Notes: generated by a model not told the origin, from the sequence alone. Numbered from the stretch's first letter, positions 17,934 to 28,965 are shown. The stretch: 64,000 nt of DNA from Firmicutes bacterium UBA4795 (GCA_002402825.1 DHGP01000004.1:19259-83258), one strand, 5' to 3'. Program-made: numbers and translations.

Positions 17934-20009
17934 ATGCAAGATAAAGATTTAAAAATTTTTTTTGAACCGGAAAAGATTGCCCTCGTAGGTGTTTCAACCC
18001 GTTCTACAGACTATAACCTTTTAGAAAGCATTAAATACTTTGGTCACCATGGCCGTTATTATGTGGTTAATCCTGGAGGGGGAACCTTTTTAGGAGAAGT
18101 CATTTATCCAGCAGTGGAAAAAATACCGGAATCAATAGACCTGGCAGTAATTACCACTCCGCGAGAAGTGGTCCCGCAGGTAGCCAGGGAGTGTATCGCA
18201 AAAGGTGCCCGGGGACTAGTAATCATTTCGCAAGGCTTTGCTGATAGCGATGAAGACGGAAAACGCTTGCAGTCAGAAGTGCTTCAAATAGCACGATCAG
18301 CTGGGATAAGAATTATAGGGCCAAATACAATGGGTGTAGTTAATGCTTTTAATAATTTTTCTACCGCGTTTGTTTCTTTTTCCATTGAAAATAAACCTAT
18401 TGGGATTGTGAGTCAATCGGGCATTTTTTTACCGGGAAGTTATTCATTAACCGGCGGTCTAGGTTTGGCTGTAGATTTGGGAAATGCTAGCGATGTTAAT
18501 TTTTCGGAAATAATTTCTCTTTATGGTAAAGACCCGCGGTTAAAAGTAATTTCTTTACATATCGAAGATGTTAAAGACGGAAGAAAATTTATGCAGGTTG
18601 CTGCTGAAGTTAGCCGGCAAAAACCTATCTTGGCTTTAAAAACGGGAAGGACGGAAGCTGGGGCAAAAGCTGCAAGTTCTCACTCAGGCTCTTTGGTAGG
18701 AGAGGATGCGGTCTACACAGCTGCTTTTAAAAAAGCAGGCGTAATCAGAGTAAAAAATGATGAAGAACTCTATGATTTAAGCCGGACATTTGCCACTTAT
18801 CCTCCTTTAAAGAGTAATCGAGTAGCCATTATCACACCTGCCGGAGGGCCATCAATTTTGGCTGTGGACGCTTGCGCCAAAGCAAACTTGAAAATGGCTA
18901 AACTTTCACCCCAAACAATCGCCCGGCTAAAACCTTTTTTTCCTCCCTGGATGGAAGTATCTAACCCCATAGATATTTGGGCAGCCGGAATGTCCCGAGG
19001 GTATCCTCAGGTTCTCCGGGAAGCACTTGCAGCTACTTTAGAAGATCAATGGATAGATGCTGTTTGTGTTATTACTTTCGCTTTCCCTTTTTCTAGTAAC
19101 CTGCTTGAAATTATCTGCGAATTAAGTACGGGAAGCAAAAAGCCTGTGGTTGTTTGGCTTTACGGGCCTTCTAAATGGGAACAAAAGAGGCTTTTTGAAA
19201 AGAAAGGCGTGCTTACTTTTTCTTCCCTAGACGGGGCAATAGGAGCATTAGGAAAGCTTTACCATTACTGGACTTTCATCAACAACCGCCCTATACCTGA
19301 ATATAAAACTTTTCCAGCACACCGGGAAGAAGTGCTTCATTTGTTTGCTTCCCGCCGAGGAATGCTTCCGACTTTAGAAACATATCGCATTTTGAAAGCT
19401 TACAATATTCCTGTGGTAAGAAGTGGTTTGGCGCAAAACCTTGAAGAGGCCTTAAATTTTGCCAGTATGCTTGGCTATCCGGTAGTCATGAAAATTGTAA
19501 GCCCGGATATTATTCATAAAACAGACGCGGGAGGGGTAAAAATTAACTTGTCAGGTCCGGATGCACTCCGACAGGCTTATTTAGAAATGTTTACCGAAGT
19601 AAGAAAAAAGGCACACAAAGCAAGAATTGAAGGAGTGTTCCTTCAGCCTTACATTAAAGGGGGCCTGGAGGTAATCATAGGAGGAAAACAGGATGCTTGT
19701 TTTGGAGCGGTAGTAATTTATGGTAGTGGTGGTATTTTTACTGAAGTTACCCGCGATTTCTCTTTACAAGTGGCTCCCCTGAGTATTTCAGACGCACTAA
19801 ATATGGTGCAGAAAACAAAGTCTTTTGCTCTCTTCAAGGGTGTTAGGGGTCAAAAACCTTTGGATTTGGAAGCAGTAATAGAAACTTTGTTAAAAGTTTC
19901 TCAAATAATGAATGACTTTCCCCAGATTGAGGAAATGGATTTAAATCCGGTTATCGTAAGAGAAAAAGGAGTTTCGGTGGTTGATGCACGGATCGTTTTA
20001 TCTACCTAA
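17934..20009 (+). CDS. acetate--CoA ligase family protein (ADP-forming acyl-CoA synthetase; fused CoA-binding, ligase-CoA and ATP-grasp domains)
   Basis: 691 aa. It has an N-terminal CoA-binding Rossmann region (IALVGVS), the phospho-His loop SHSGSL, and a C-terminal ATP-grasp domain (GYPVVMKIVSPDIIHKTDAGGVK). Confidence 0.85.
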   Translation: MQDKDLKIFFEPEKIALVGVSTRSTDYNLLESIKYFGHHGRYYVVNPGGGTFLGEVIYPAVEKIPESIDLAVITTPREVVPQVARECIAKGARGLVIISQGFADSDEDGKRLQSEVLQIARSAGIRIIGPNTMGVVNAFNNFSTAFVSFSIENKPIGIVSQSGIFLPGSYSLTGGLGLAVDLGNASDVNFSEIISLYGKDPRLKVISLHIEDVKDGRKFMQVAAEVSRQKPILALKTGRTEAGAKAASSHSGSLVGEDAVYTAAFKKAGVIRVKNDEELYDLSRTFATYPPLKSNRVAIITPAGGPSILAVDACAKANLKMAKLSPQTIARLKPFFPPWMEVSNPIDIWAAGMSRGYPQVLREALAATLEDQWIDAVCVITFAFPFSSNLLEIICELSTGSKKPVVVWLYGPSKWEQKRLFEKKGVLTFSSLDGAIGALGKLYHYWTFINNRPIPEYKTFPAHREEVLHLFASRRGMLPTLETYRILKAYNIPVVRSGLAQNLEEALNFASMLGYPVVMKIVSPDIIHKTDAGGVKINLSGPDALRQAYLEMFTEVRKKAHKARIEGVFLQPYIKGGLEVIIGGKQDACFGAVVIYGSGGIFTEVTRDFSLQVAPLSISDALNMVQKTKSFALFKGVRGQKPLDLEAVIETLLKVSQIMNDFPQIEEMDLNPVIVREKGVSVVDARIVLST

Positions 20010-20220
20010 AGTACAGCCGTTTCGGTTGTTTCCCGTATTATTCCATTTTTGCAAAATTAATTTATGCTACCTCAATAAAAATTTTAGCAACAAGAATAAT
20101 TTATTGTCTTATCTAATTTAAGTTATTCTGATATTGATCATTATTATTATGTTAATAAATTGGTCATAAATTTGGTTTATTTGCTTAAAAAACATTATTT
20201 TTAACTATTGCATTTTAGCT

Positions 20221-21936
20221 TTATAACCATAGCGCCACAAATTCAAGCTTATTTACGTCTACTAACCCCCTATCGGTAATCCTTAATTCTGGAATTACCG
20301 GCAGGGCAAGAAAGGACATGGTCATAAAAGGTGACGACAGGATGCACCCAATTTCCCAGGCGGCATTACTCAATTTTTGATACTGCCTGGCTACGGTAGA
20401 TGCGTCCTGGTCCGACATTAAGCCGGCAACCGGCAAAGCTAAAGAGGCTAGCACCTTTCCCCCGGCTGTTACCGCCAGCCCCCCGCCCGTAGCGGCTACC
20501 GTTTGGGCAGCCAGTTCCATATCGTCTTCATTTGCACCCACTAGAATAAGGTTGTGGCTGTCATGGGCTACCGTTGAAGCCATGGCCCCTTTTATTACCC
20601 CAAACCCTTTAACTAAACCCAGCGCTACGTTGCCGTTTTTGCCGTGGCGTTCCACTACGGCCACCTTTAAAATACCTTCTGAGGGGCTGATTTTACCGGC
20701 TGGAACAAGTATGCCTTTAGTAAGAATTTGGTTTGGAAGTACCTCAATAACCCGGGCCAAAATACTTGAAGGCGGCTTTTTTAAGGTTAACCTTCCTTTT
20801 AAGTCCGGAAGATGTACCGTATTTAACATCTTTTTATCTACCACTTTTGATAAACTACCAAGGACTTTTCCCTCGCGGGCCGCCAGCTTACCCGCCTTAT
20901 AAACCATTTCTACCTTAAATTCAGTTAAGTTATTTACTACCACCAGGTCGGCCTTATAACCAGGGGCAATGCCTCCCAAATCTTGCAAGTGATAATGCCG
21001 GGCAGGATTAAGGGTAGCCATTTGTACTGCCGTTACTGGATCAAGACCGGCAGCCACCGCCCGGCGTAAAATATTATCTATCTCCCCCTCGCCAATTAAA
21101 TCTACCGGGTGGCAGTCATCGCACCCAAAAAAAAGATTAGGGCAGGTTTTTTCATTTGCTAGCGGCAGCAATTCAAGCAGGTTTTTGGCGGCCGAACCTT
21201 CGCGAATAATTATTTTCATTCCCAGGCGAAGTTTTTCCAGGGCTTCTTCTAAAGCAGTACACTCATGGTCGGTTAGGATACCTGCGCTTAAGTAAGCGTT
21301 TAAATTTTTCCCGCTTAAAGCCGGCGCATGGCCGTCAATCAGACGCTTGTTTTCACGAATTGTTTTTATTTTAGCTAAAATGTCTGGTTCTTTAAGGTAA
21401 ACGCCAGGGAAATTCATTACCTCTGCCAAACCCGGGGACGACGGACAAATTTTAAAGCCTTCCTGAATTTCTGTGAGGCCAATAACTGCTCCTGCTGTTT
21501 CCAGTTGGGTAGCCGGGACGCAAGAAGGAAGCATATAAAATATATCCAGCGGCAGCTCCTGAGCAGCTTTCACCATATAACGCAAGCCGTCCAGGCCGGC
21601 CACATTAACAATCTCGTGCGGGTCGGCAATAACGGTGGTAGTACCGTGAACAATGGCCGCGGCAGCAAAGCCGGCCGGGGTAAGCAAAGAGCTTTCAATA
21701 TGGAGGTGAGCGTCAATTAAACCAGGAATTAAATATTTACCGGTAAGGTTTTCTACTTCCTGTCCCCAGGAGCAATCTCCTACTCCGGCAATAACACTGC
21801 CCTTTATGGCTACGTTGGCTTTTAAAATTTCCCCGGTAAAAACATTAACCAGTAAAGCGTCTGTTAATAAAATGTCGGCCGGGGCATTTCCCCTGGCTAC
21901 ATCAATTATTTTTTCTGTAAGTTCTGTAAATGCCAT
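20221..21936 (-). CDS. ade: adenine deaminase
   Basis: 571 aa with PGLIDAHLHIESS and the length and architecture of the amidohydrolase Ade family. Confidence 0.88.
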   Translation of the reverse strand: MAFTELTEKIIDVARGNAPADILLTDALLVNVFTGEILKANVAIKGSVIAGVGDCSWGQEVENLTGKYLIPGLIDAHLHIESSLLTPAGFAAAAIVHGTTTVIADPHEIVNVAGLDGLRYMVKAAQELPLDIFYMLPSCVPATQLETAGAVIGLTEIQEGFKICPSSPGLAEVMNFPGVYLKEPDILAKIKTIRENKRLIDGHAPALSGKNLNAYLSAGILTDHECTALEEALEKLRLGMKIIIREGSAAKNLLELLPLANEKTCPNLFFGCDDCHPVDLIGEGEIDNILRRAVAAGLDPVTAVQMATLNPARHYHLQDLGGIAPGYKADLVVVNNLTEFKVEMVYKAGKLAAREGKVLGSLSKVVDKKMLNTVHLPDLKGRLTLKKPPSSILARVIEVLPNQILTKGILVPAGKISPSEGILKVAVVERHGKNGNVALGLVKGFGVIKGAMASTVAHDSHNLILVGANEDDMELAAQTVAATGGGLAVTAGGKVLASLALPVAGLMSDQDASTVARQYQKLSNAAWEIGCILSSPFMTMSFLALPVIPELRITDRGLVDVNKLEFVALWL

Positions 21937-21951
21937 GAAGTACTTTCCACC

Positions 21952-22443
21952 TTATTTTAAGACAATTATTTTCCTTTTAATTTCTTGACCTAACTCAAGA
22001 ACGCCGTACGAATTAAAAGGAGCAAACCTTTTATCTGTCGGGCTTCCCGGGTTAAAAAAAAGAATACCCTCTTTGACCTCATTTATAGGGCTATGGGAGT
22101 GACCAAAAAGGATAATTTCAATCCTCTCAAACTCAGATTTTACTTTATCAATCAAATTTTGAGGGGAACCAAAGCCATGGATTACTCCTATCCGGTAACC
22201 CGCGGCCTCAAAAGTAGCCTTGGCAGGAAGAATATTCACCAGTTCTGGTGCATCCATATTTCCGTGAACAGCAATTAGTTTTCCCTTTTTATTTAATTTT
22301 TTTAATCGTTCATAAACAGGGGAGACTACAAAGTCACCACAATGAACCATGAGGTCAGCTTCTTGAAGGGCCTTTTCTACCTCCTGGGGAAGCCACTTTT
22401 CTTCCCGTTTAAGGTGGGTGTCTGAAATAACTACAATCTTCAT
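21952..22443 (-). CDS. YfcE-family metallophosphoesterase
   Basis: It has MKIVVISDTH, HCGD, GNMD and GHSH motifs. Confidence 0.85.
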   Translation of the reverse strand: MKIVVISDTHLKREEKWLPQEVEKALQEADLMVHCGDFVVSPVYERLKKLNKKGKLIAVHGNMDAPELVNILPAKATFEAAGYRIGVIHGFGSPQNLIDKVKSEFERIEIILFGHSHSPINEVKEGILFFNPGSPTDKRFAPFNSYGVLELGQEIKRKIIVLK

Positions 22444-22571
22444 GTTTTAAAACCTCTCTATAAGGTAAAAGTAAAGGTATGTGTATTCTAGAAAACCGCT
22501 CGGAGTTGGGTGTTGCTTTCGTTTGCTCCAATGCTTCTCGTTTTCAGCACTTAAGCTTGCTTCAAACCGGG

Positions 22572-23810
22572 CTAGCGGCGCCTAAACTTTTGCCACCATC
22601 GTCCCAGCAGTCCACTGCTATTCAATTCCAGATAGCTTCTTTCTTCCTTGCCGGGGACCAGGAGAAGACCAAAGGGCTGCCCTTCCCGGGGCGGTTGGCA
22701 TATTTCCCGCCGGTAATTTCGCGTCTCTCCCTGAAGGTACTCAACCTCTACCGGTCCTTGTTTTTCTTTTAACTTTAAGCTATTTTCTAAACTGGCCCGG
22801 TCAAAGACCGGTAAACCATTTACTCTTAAAACCAAATCACAGGAACGAATTCCTGCCTGCCAGGCCGGGGTATTTTTTAGAGTGTCCAGTACCCGAACCC
22901 CCTCAAGAGAAGGAACGTAAATAGGTGAAGCTTGAAATTCAATTTTTTTGCCCATAAAAATAACTAATTCGTGACCTAAAGGAGAAAATAAGGCGGCCAG
23001 CAAAGCTAATTCTTTAAAGTTTTGGGCCAGGGTGGCGAACAGCAGTAAAACAAGACTGTAAGCCCCTAAAAAGTAAGCAGATAACCGGCTCTTTTTTACC
23101 GGAGGACGCGCCAGAGCTAAATCACCGTAACCCAGGGCCGCAATTACCGGAATAAGCGTGTACACTGCGTTTTTCAGGTCTCCTTCTATTTCTGGTTTGA
23201 TTAAAGGCCACCAATCCGGCATGTTTATTCCTTCAGGGAGAAAGGTTTGTCCAACTACTGCCAGGGCGACAATGGGAATAGGCCAAAATCTTTGTAAAGT
23301 AAAGCCTCCCACCAGTTGGCCATTTGCTGCTTTAAAATAGGCCGGCACAGCTCCTAAATGACCGCTAAAAAAAATAAGCAGGCTTTCCACTAAATGAAGA
23401 ATAGCTACCAAAGCCAATAACTGGGAAATATTTACCTGGGGGAAGTTAAATATCAGATTGCTTAAGGCTATAATACCTCCCGCATAAGCAAAGCATAAAA
23501 ACCGCGGGTTAATAAGCATTAAAAGGATAGCTGCCGGCCAAAGATAAATCAAGCCCGTGCCTGATAAAGTTAATCCTACTACCACCATAATGACACTACC
23601 TATTAAGCCTCCCAAAATGCCGTATACCACGGCAGTAAAAACATCTCCCCATCCCTGTTTTAGCCGGATGCCGTAAATGGCCTCTTTTGCCGCGGCCATC
23701 CGGCGATACTGCAAGGCAACCAAAAATACCACCAGCCAAAAAATGGGGTTAAAAAATACTCGGCCTATGTTTGCTACAATTAAGGGTAAAACCTGATCAA
23801 ATGGAAACAT
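22572..23810 (-). CDS. polytopic membrane protein with a C-terminal PDZ domain (MinJ-like)
   Basis: About 8 TM helices are followed by a PDZ domain (AGIRSCDLVLRVNGLPV). Its position next to a Ctp protease and near ftsEX mirrors the B. subtilis ftsEX-ctpB-minJ neighbourhood. Confidence 0.5.
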   Translation of the reverse strand: MFPFDQVLPLIVANIGRVFFNPIFWLVVFLVALQYRRMAAAKEAIYGIRLKQGWGDVFTAVVYGILGGLIGSVIMVVVGLTLSGTGLIYLWPAAILLMLINPRFLCFAYAGGIIALSNLIFNFPQVNISQLLALVAILHLVESLLIFFSGHLGAVPAYFKAANGQLVGGFTLQRFWPIPIVALAVVGQTFLPEGINMPDWWPLIKPEIEGDLKNAVYTLIPVIAALGYGDLALARPPVKKSRLSAYFLGAYSLVLLLFATLAQNFKELALLAALFSPLGHELVIFMGKKIEFQASPIYVPSLEGVRVLDTLKNTPAWQAGIRSCDLVLRVNGLPVFDRASLENSLKLKEKQGPVEVEYLQGETRNYRREICQPPREGQPFGLLLVPGKEERSYLELNSSGLLGRWWQKFRRR

Positions 23811-23839
23811 TTCTTCACCTTCCTGGTTAAACGTTTAAA

Positions 23840-25030
23840 TTAAGCGGCAAGTTTTTGCTGGAGGATTTCAACGGCCTTTTCTTTTTGAAGGTCTTTTTCA
23901 GCATCAAGTTTTTGTTTAACTATAATATCAGGGGAGATGCCCCGCTGGTGAATATTATGTTTTGCCGGAGTAAGGTAACGGGCAGTGGTTAGTTTTAGCC
24001 CCGCTCCGTTACCCAGGTTAAATACAGTTTGAACAACTCCTTTACCAAAAGTTTTTTCTCCAATTAAAATACCCACCTTTCGGTCTTTAATTGCGCCGGC
24101 TAAAATTTCGGCGGCACTGGCACTGGCTTCGTTAACCAAAACTACCAACGGCAAATTAAGATTGCTGCCGTTAACAGTATAAGTATCTTTTTTTCCCGAA
24201 CGGTAGTCAACGTATACTACCGGGCCTTTAGGAATGAATTTTTCGGCTACTTCAACGGCGGCACGCAATTCTCCGCCCGGGTTATTTCGCAAATCCAGGA
24301 GGATACCCTGAACCTGACTTTTTTTAAACTTACCCAATACTACTTCTAATTCTGCCGGGGTTTTGGTAGTGAACTGGGAAATAGCAAGGTAACCTATTTT
24401 TGTACCCTTTAGGATATGTCCTTCTACCGTAGGAATACTAATTTCTTCTCTGGTTAATTCTACGGTAAATTCAGTTTTGCGGCTTAGCTTCTGGTTTGTT
24501 TCTTTTATTCCTTCGTTTTGGCGTAGAATAGTCAATTTAACCTTTGTTCCTGCCGCCCCCCGCATTAAACTAATGGCTGTATCCAGGTCAATACCCTTTG
24601 TTTCACGATTATTAATCTTAAATACAATATCGCCGGCTTTTATTCCTTTCCGGTAGGCCGGGGTTCCTTCATACGAGCGCATTACGGTTAAGTAATCATT
24701 TTCTAGACCTACTAAAATTCCCAACCCCCCAAATGTGCCGTTAATTTGTTCTTTTAACTGGGCATAAGTTTCCGGGTCTAAATAAATTGAGTATGGATCC
24801 CCAAGCGATTCAACTATTCCTTTGGTTGCTCCTTCAATGAGGTTGTTAGTGCTAACCGGATAAAGATATTGGGAACGGATTAAAGAAACAACTTTAAACA
24901 TATTACCGAAATTATGGTAATTAATAATTATTAAACCGCCCGAAAAAATAAAAGCAAAAAAAATTAATATTCCCAGGAAAACAAACCAGCGTTTACCACG
25001 GGGAGCCTTTCTGTTTAGGTAATAAGCCAC
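23840..25030 (-). CDS. S41 carboxy-terminal processing protease (CtpA/CtpB-like)
   Basis: It has an N-terminal TM helix, a PDZ domain (GIKAGDIVFKINN), the catalytic Ser context NEASASAAE and the Lys context GEKTFGKG. Confidence 0.9.
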   Translation of the reverse strand: MAYYLNRKAPRGKRWFVFLGILIFFAFIFSGGLIIINYHNFGNMFKVVSLIRSQYLYPVSTNNLIEGATKGIVESLGDPYSIYLDPETYAQLKEQINGTFGGLGILVGLENDYLTVMRSYEGTPAYRKGIKAGDIVFKINNRETKGIDLDTAISLMRGAAGTKVKLTILRQNEGIKETNQKLSRKTEFTVELTREEISIPTVEGHILKGTKIGYLAISQFTTKTPAELEVVLGKFKKSQVQGILLDLRNNPGGELRAAVEVAEKFIPKGPVVYVDYRSGKKDTYTVNGSNLNLPLVVLVNEASASAAEILAGAIKDRKVGILIGEKTFGKGVVQTVFNLGNGAGLKLTTARYLTPAKHNIHQRGISPDIIVKQKLDAEKDLQKEKAVEILQQKLAA

Positions 25031-25290
25031 CTACAATTCCACCCACCCATAAAAATTTAAATTTCTAATTGTTATAGATTAAAAAATTAATATTTTAGAA
25101 AATTATTAGTCTAGCCCTCATAATCCTCATTATCCATATTATACTACACCAACTTATTAATAAGTACAACTTAATTAAAAATCGAGTTATTTTATCCCTT
25201 AAAAGAAGGATTTCGGTAGTTAATGTCGAAAACATTTTAATAAAAGCGGTGTATGTCATTATTTACCATATAGCCACCGGGAGGGTAAAA

Positions 25291-25977
25291 ATGATTCATT
25301 TTTATCATGTTTCTAAAGTTTACCAAAATGGAGTTAAAGCTTTAAAAGATGTAACAATGCATATTTCTAAAGGTGATTTTCTTTTTTTGGTTGGCCCAAG
25401 TGGGGCAGGGAAAACCACTTTAACTAAGTTATTGTTGCGGGAAGAACTTCCTACCAAAGGTCAGGTAATTTTTTGCGGTAAAAACGTTGCCCGTTTAAAA
25501 TCTCAGGAAATTCCCTTATTAAGACGTAAAATCGGGGTGGTTTTTCAGGACTTCAGGTTGCTTCCTAAAAAAACAGTTTACGAAAACGTAGCTTTTGCTC
25601 TAGAGGTTGCTGGCGGTTCGAGACAAATCATCAAAAAAAGAGTACCGGAAGCTTTGGAGATGGTGGGGCTGGCTGACAAGCAAAAAATGTTTCCTTCCCA
25701 GTTGTCCGGGGGGGAACAACAACGGGCCGGAATTGCCCGCGCTATTGTTAACCGTCCTTTATTGTTAATTACGGACGAACCTACCGGTAATTTAGACCCC
25801 AAAACTTCTTGGGAATTGATTTATTTATTACAGGAAATTAACCGTCTAGGAACCACCGTTATAATGGCTACCCACGCCTGGGATATTGTAAATGCTTTAA
25901 AAAAACGGGTGGTTGCCCTTTCGGGCGGTCAAATGGTCCGGGATGAAAAAAGAGGCGCTTATGGCTATGGGGGTTAA
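25291..25977 (+). CDS. ftsE: cell division ATP-binding protein FtsE
   Basis: It has Walker A GPSGAGKTT, the signature LSGGEQQR and Walker B LLITDEPT. The start is set at the ATG after GGGAGGG, giving 228 aa. Confidence 0.93.
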   Translation: MIHFYHVSKVYQNGVKALKDVTMHISKGDFLFLVGPSGAGKTTLTKLLLREELPTKGQVIFCGKNVARLKSQEIPLLRRKIGVVFQDFRLLPKKTVYENVAFALEVAGGSRQIIKKRVPEALEMVGLADKQKMFPSQLSGGEQQRAGIARAIVNRPLLLITDEPTGNLDPKTSWELIYLLQEINRLGTTVIMATHAWDIVNALKKRVVALSGGQMVRDEKRGAYGYGG

Positions 25978-26851
25978 TACCCTAGCCTATTTTTTTAAAG
26001 AAACAGCTCGCTCTCTTTTTAGAAACACCTGGCTTTCTTTGGCGGCTACAGGGACCATTACCGTTTCGCTTTTAATATTAGGCGCCTCTTTACTTTTAGT
26101 GATAAATACCAATAGAATTGCGCTTGATTTAGAGCAGAAGCTTGAAATAAGGGTTTTTTTAGTGCCGAATTTAGCCTCAAATCAGGTAAAACAACTTGAA
26201 AAAAGAATTTATCTTGTTCCTGGGGTGGCCAGGGTATCTTTTGTTTCCAAAGAAAAGGCCATGGAAGACCTGCGCCGTGGTCTGGGGGAACGAAAAGATA
26301 TTTTAGCCGGGATAAAAAAAAATCCCTTACCTGATGCCTTTCAGGTAAAAATGGCTCGCTCGGAACAAATAGCCAATGCTGCGGCCCAAATCAGCTCTTT
26401 GCCTGGTGTTGAACAAGTGCGTTACGGACAGGGTACGGTAGAAAAACTGCTGCTGGTAACCCGCTGGATGCGGATAGCCGGGATAATAATTATAGGAGCC
26501 TTAATCCTGGCGGCTTTATTCCTTATCTCTTCAATTATTCGTTTATCGGTATTTGCCCGGCGCCAGGAAATAAGCATTATGAAAGTTTTAGGTGCTACCA
26601 ATTGGTTTATTCGTACCCCTTTTTTGCTTGAGGGGGTAACTTTAGGTTTTTTAGGTTCTTTTGTTGCGGTAGTGATCCTTTATTTTAGTTACTGGTCTTT
26701 TGTTCAGCAGGTAAGCATGTTTGTGCCTTTTGTTCCTTTGGTTGCTGATCAGCGCTTGTTATTTAATCTGTTTGGTGGACTAGTTGGATTAGGATTATTA
26801 GTTGGTATGGTAGGAAGTTTTTTTTCCGTCCGCAAATATTTAAAAGTTTAG
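25961..26851 (+). CDS. ftsX: cell division permease-like protein FtsX
   Basis: Four TM helices plus an extracytoplasmic domain, overlapping the ftsE 3' end. The start is uncertain (25943, 25961 or 25967); I chose 25961, 5 nt after AAGAGG. Confidence 0.85.
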   Translation: MAMGVNTLAYFFKETARSLFRNTWLSLAATGTITVSLLILGASLLLVINTNRIALDLEQKLEIRVFLVPNLASNQVKQLEKRIYLVPGVARVSFVSKEKAMEDLRRGLGERKDILAGIKKNPLPDAFQVKMARSEQIANAAAQISSLPGVEQVRYGQGTVEKLLLVTRWMRIAGIIIIGALILAALFLISSIIRLSVFARRQEISIMKVLGATNWFIRTPFLLEGVTLGFLGSFVAVVILYFSYWSFVQQVSMFVPFVPLVADQRLLFNLFGGLVGLGLLVGMVGSFFSVRKYLKV

Positions 26852-26854
26852 GAG

Positions 26855-27997
26855 GTGGTAATAATTAGTAATGTTACCAAAAAGCTAATATTTTTAAGCC
26901 TCGTTTTATTCTTTTTTAGTATTTATTTTTTGCACTCAGCTCAAGGGGCCAGCTTGCAGGAAAGATTAAATGATACCAGACAAAAGATTTTCCACCAAGA
27001 AAAGCAGGTCAAAGAAAGCAAAAAAGAAGTAAAGAGTTACGCCAGCCAAGTGGCCCAGGTGGAAAATAATATTGTGACTGTAGAAGATCAGGTTATAAGC
27101 ACGCAAAATAAACTTGATCAGGCTTTAATTGCTCTTCAGCTTACAGAAAGACAACTTAAAGAAGTAGAAGCTGAACTGGCTTTGAGTACGCGTATTTTGG
27201 AACAAAGGCTGCGTAATATTTACGTAGAAGGGCAGGTTAGTTATCTTGAGGTAATTTTAGGGGCCGAAGATTTTGGTGATTTTATTATCCGCTACGAATT
27301 ACTCAAAAAAATATTAGCTGAAGATAGCAAACTAGTTGAAGAGGTGGCGGCCAAACAACAAGAGGTGGTTCAGAAAAAGGAAGCTTTACAGCAGCAGAGC
27401 AGCCACATTGCTAGTTTGCTTCAAGAACAAAAGGCGGCTTATCAGGAGCTAGCGCAGCAAAAAACCCGCCAAAAAGCCTTGTTGGCTTCTGCCAGGGAAG
27501 AGCTAAGCCGTCATCAAGAGGAATTGGAAGAGTTAGAAGCTCAGGAAAGGGAAATTTTACGGCAAATTGCCTTGCAGCGAACAAAAAATACTGCACCCCC
27601 CCGGGGTAGTGGTGGCTTTGCCTGGCCGGCGCCGTCAGGAAGCGGTATTTCATCCGGCTTTGGTAACCGCTTGCACCCTATTTTAGGCTATACCCGTTTT
27701 CACAGCGGTATTGATATTCCTGCCCCCTCAGGTTCATCGGTGGTGGCAGTTCAAGATGGTACGGTAATTTATGTTGGTTTTATGAGTGGTTATGGTAATA
27801 TTATTATGCTTGATCACGGGGGCGGCGTTACCACTCTCTACGCTCATCTTTCTGCCCAGCTTGTCTCCCAAGGGCAAGAAGTAACTAAAGGTCAGTCAAT
27901 AGGCTTAGTTGGTAGTACAGGCATGTCTACCGGACCACACTTGCATTTTGAAGTTAGGGTCAACGGTTCACCAGTTAATCCCACCGGTTATTTATAA
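26855..27997 (+). CDS. coiled-coil M23 peptidase (EnvC/PcsB-like murein hydrolase or activator)
   Basis: It has a signal peptide, about 200 aa of coiled coil, and an M23 domain (HSGIDI...LYAHLS...TGPHLHFEV). The only canonical in-frame start, GTG at 26855, overlaps the AGGAGG SD, so the true start is uncertain. An ATT at 26864 lies 8 nt after the SD. Confidence 0.85.
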   Translation: MVIISNVTKKLIFLSLVLFFFSIYFLHSAQGASLQERLNDTRQKIFHQEKQVKESKKEVKSYASQVAQVENNIVTVEDQVISTQNKLDQALIALQLTERQLKEVEAELALSTRILEQRLRNIYVEGQVSYLEVILGAEDFGDFIIRYELLKKILAEDSKLVEEVAAKQQEVVQKKEALQQQSSHIASLLQEQKAAYQELAQQKTRQKALLASAREELSRHQEELEELEAQEREILRQIALQRTKNTAPPRGSGGFAWPAPSGSGISSGFGNRLHPILGYTRFHSGIDIPAPSGSSVVAVQDGTVIYVGFMSGYGNIIMLDHGGGVTTLYAHLSAQLVSQGQEVTKGQSIGLVGSTGMSTGPHLHFEVRVNGSPVNPTGYL

Positions 27998-28950
27998 GCA
28001 AGTTGTAATTTTTTATTAATTAATTTTTCTACGGTAGTAATTAAATTTTGCGGGGTAAGCCCGTACTTTTCTAATAACTCCTCTGCCTTTCCTGATTCGC
28101 CAAATACATCGGGCAGGCCTACCCTTTTTACCGGTACGGGACAATATTCACTAGTTACTTCGGCTACTGCACTGCCTAAACCGCCAATAATACTGTGTTC
28201 TTCAGCCGTAACCAGGAGCCCTGTTTCTTGGGCTGCTTTGACAATTGCCGCCGTATCTAAGGGTTTTAAGGTATGGATATTTAAAACCCTTATTTGTTTC
28301 CCTTTCCGGGCTAATTTTTCGGCGGCAATCAAGGCCTGATGAACCATGATTCCGGTAGCGATAATGGTTGCGTCGTAGCCCTGGCGCAGCATAACGGCTT
28401 TGCCGGGCCGAAAAACAGAATCCTCATGCCGGGGCAAAATAGGAACACCTGATCTTCCTAGACGAATATACACCGGACCATTAATCTCCATTGCTGCCTG
28501 TACGGCTTCCCACGTCTCAAGTGCGTCGACCGGGATGAAAATAGTCATGTTAGGCAAGACCCGCATTAAAGCTAAATCTTCCACTGACTGGTGGGAGGCC
28601 CCGTCCTCGCCTACTGTAATCCCGGCGTGGCTGGCTCCTATTTTTACGTTTAAACGGGGATAAGCCACACTGTTTCGTACCTGGTCAAAAGCCCGCCCCG
28701 TAGCAAAAACAGCAAAGGTACTGCAGAAAGGAATTTTTCCTGCTGCCGCCAAACCGGCGGCTGTACCTAACATGTTTTGTTCTGCCACCCCAAAATCAAA
28801 AAAACGGTCTGGATAGTGTTTTTTAAAATCAATAGTTTTGGTAGACTTGGCTAAATCAGCATCTAAAACTACTACATCAGGATTTTTTTGTCCTAAAGCT
28901 ACCAGGGCCTGCCCGTAAGCTTCTCTGGTAGCTATTTTTTTATCATTCAT
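27988..28950 (-). CDS. transketolase, C-terminal (pyrimidine-binding + C-terminal domain) subunit
   Basis: 320 aa with [18 protein letters not shown] and HQSVEDLA motifs of split transketolases. No N-terminal subunit gene is adjacent. Confidence 0.88.
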   Translation of the reverse strand: MNDKKIATREAYGQALVALGQKNPDVVVLDADLAKSTKTIDFKKHYPDRFFDFGVAEQNMLGTAAGLAAAGKIPFCSTFAVFATGRAFDQVRNSVAYPRLNVKIGASHAGITVGEDGASHQSVEDLALMRVLPNMTIFIPVDALETWEAVQAAMEINGPVYIRLGRSGVPILPRHEDSVFRPGKAVMLRQGYDATIIATGIMVHQALIAAEKLARKGKQIRVLNIHTLKPLDTAAIVKAAQETGLLVTAEEHSIIGGLGSAVAEVTSEYCPVPVKRVGLPDVFGESGKAEELLEKYGLTPQNLITTVEKLINKKLQLAYK

Positions 28951-28965
28951 AAACTACCTTCCTAA

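Noticed and set aside
22479-22772. A 97-aa plus-strand ORF between the yfcE-like and PDZ-protein genes
   Set aside because: It overlaps the 3' end of the MinJ-like gene in antisense. It has no SD and a low-complexity sequence.
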